A DNA stretch of 64,000 nt from Trichoplax adhaerens (Eukaryota; Animalia; Placozoa): the NCBI RefSeq assembly GCF_000150275.1, contig NW_002060959.1, positions 494,371 to 558,370 on the forward strand. The letters run 5' to 3'. Each line of letters starts with the position of its first letter. Within the stretch, counting starts at the first letter, position 1. The notes beneath the pieces are model-generated. The model did no database searches and was not told the DNA's origin. It saw only the letters and a list, made by a program, of their open reading frames with translations. This document shows, in pieces, positions 61,766 to 64,000 of this stretch. Made by a program: the position numbers and the translations under genes.

Positions 61766-64000
61766 TGAAGACCCTCTTGAGTCTCTGTATATATATACAT
61801 ATACCAATAGGCAATTTCAATAACATTTTAGCGATTTAGAATCTATTTATGGCCATACCATCCATATTTTTGTAGCCAGATAAGTCAATACGTGGACAAC
61901 AATAACGTCAAGGCGATAAATGATGTACTAGTTAGCGAAAAATAATCTAAGAACGCGGTCTAATTATTGTTAATGCTTTAGAATAGTGCATATTATTAGT
62001 ATATTGTTCGTATTGATTAGATTGTTATTTCAATTCAATGCAATCGAGCATGTAAAATATGTTAATTATGCCTTAAATTATCCTATAGAGTATAGCCGTG
62101 AACAAGAACTGTATCTAGCACATGGTATCGATAATTATTCTTTTCTTATTCATCTATTCAAAGCCCTTTGCGTGCCTCCTAATATCTATTTAACTTTACA
62201 TAGGTATAAACAATGAAATACAAAACTATTGTCTCATGGGTTCAATTTCTATCGAATTGGACGTCCACTTATGCCGCTAGGCCCAAGAATTACAGCTATT
62301 GATCACATAGTAATAAAAAAAGAGTGAAATGAGGACTATAATTATGACTCCGACAAATACAGGTATCTTCATAGAAGTGACAACTGTTGAATTAGGAGTC
62401 AAAAAGCAGTTGAGAAAATACTCTACAGCTTTACTCAATTCAATTCGACCTCGACCTACCCATTACTCTAAAATTCGATAATAGAAGGATTTATTCCATT
62501 GATTTTATACAAGATTATACTACTTTAAATCAGAGATACTAAAGTGATTTTCTTCTTTCCGACGAGGCCAAAATTCTAATCCAGACTGCGTAAACAATCT
62601 TGTCGCCTAGGATATCAATAAGAAAAGATGTGATCTTGCTGCTTCCTTTTGTTTCAAAGATAACTATTCACACTAGAACTTGGCTGGGTTTCCTTATCAT
62701 GTGATGAAAGCAGACAAAGAAATAGATTAGGCGTTTTTGCTTTTTTCGATTTCTTCAATGGCAATGTTACTAATGCGAATCAATGGCATTGAGTACAGTT
62801 GTAATGATCATTTTGTTGACGTGATTTATTCACTTCTGTTTTATTTAACGTTGCTAAGGAAAGAATAAATCCTCTTTCCATTTCTATGATAGCTTAGGTA
62901 TTTCTGACGATGGAAGATAGAAATAGAAAGTGGTAGAACATTTGGGTGCTATTAGTTGTAAAGGTGCATGCATTAAAATCAGTAGTAAAATAAGAGTTGG
63001 TCGCTCTTGTATCAGAAAAAATATATCCAGGCAATAGAAACTATCTTAAAATATAAGCTACTGCTTAACAGTGACGAAATGAAGGAAGAGTATTATCTCT
63101 ACAACGTTATTGGTGACTTAAAGTCTTTCTGGCATAATGCAATGGAATCTTGTTTGCGACTGATCTGAATTGCGACTGGATAGTTTTGTCTGCTTGACAT
63201 CTACTTGTATACTATATAACTTACCGTTGATGATTTAGAACTCCTTAGTACATGGAAGATTGCAACGACTACATTAATACTATATTTTTACTTACTGTAC
63301 TTAGGATTAATGTATAGCTATTTAACGATAAGCCTGTAATATATAAAGCTATCGATTTTATATTCTACATACTTTAGGCTTGGTAATAGCTCATTCAATA
63401 AGATATAAAAGCAAGGATTAACTTACCCGTTTTAGCTTGATCTTAGGTTTTACAAGTAAATTACTATCACTAATTAATTGTTTGGAATGCAGGATAGAAA
63501 GGATTACATTACACAATCGAATGTGATATTTCCGACTTACACGTAATATATCATCACTGTGCTTACAATTTTATCATATTGATGGATTAGATATTCATTC
63601 AGAATTACTTTACCTTTAGGCCTTTACAGTAGATTATTTTTATAAGATCAGAGTTAAGATTTGGACTATTAAAATTAACAGCTATCTTTTTAATGAGTTT
63701 TACTCATTTTTTTGCAACACCATTAAGTACAATTTTGTCTGTGGAATAGGGTAACAAAAAAATCTAAGCCATCATTTTATCATTTAATTATCTAGGTCTA
63801 CAAATAATACGCTACTTGTTATTAGATTTGTGCTTTTAATGAGCTTGTGCCCAATCCGCTGAATTTTTGTTCCCACAATCATTAAATTCAGCTATCCAAA
63901 TCCAGCATTATTTTTATTTTGTGGATATTTTTGCTAGCAGTAGCTAAGTTACAGTAAGATATTTCAATCATTACAGAATGATATACTGTGTTAAATAATT

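Noticed and set aside
62300-63600. Scattered minus-strand gtaagt donors and short open frames near the right edge
   Set aside because: Could not be assembled into a phase-consistent or recognisable gene

Overview
Eukaryotic, AT-rich genomic DNA with many short (~70-150 nt) GT-AG introns. The style fits a compact early-branching animal genome, most like the placozoan Trichoplax (inference only). Manual splicing supports five protein genes. (1) IDH3B-like NAD-isocitrate dehydrogenase subunit (- strand, ATG 3281, runs off the left edge). (2) Divergently transcribed sideroflexin-2 (5273-7448, +, 11 exons). (3) A compact 158-aa BNIP3/NIX mitophagy receptor (9455-13511, -, 7 exons), almost invisible in the ORF track. 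(4) A giant ~35-exon gene (27823-52542, +, roughly 5,600 aa). It joins ~5,000 aa of acidic coiled coil to a RIM-binding-protein-like SH3-FN3-SH3-SH3 tail, and carries an internal exon pair with candidate AKAP (PKA-anchoring) helices and tandem LC8-type QT motifs behind a YGCY-dense intron. (5) A 284-aa dually acylated (MGCGAS) protein of unknown function with an intronless CDS (60627-61481, -), preceded by a TATA box and an X-box-like motif. Non-coding DNA holds a ~270-bp MITE, an ~80-bp TIR element, a higher-order minisatellite and many degenerate intronic tandem repeats. The giant RIM-BP-like scaffold is the most notable candidate for an undescribed system.
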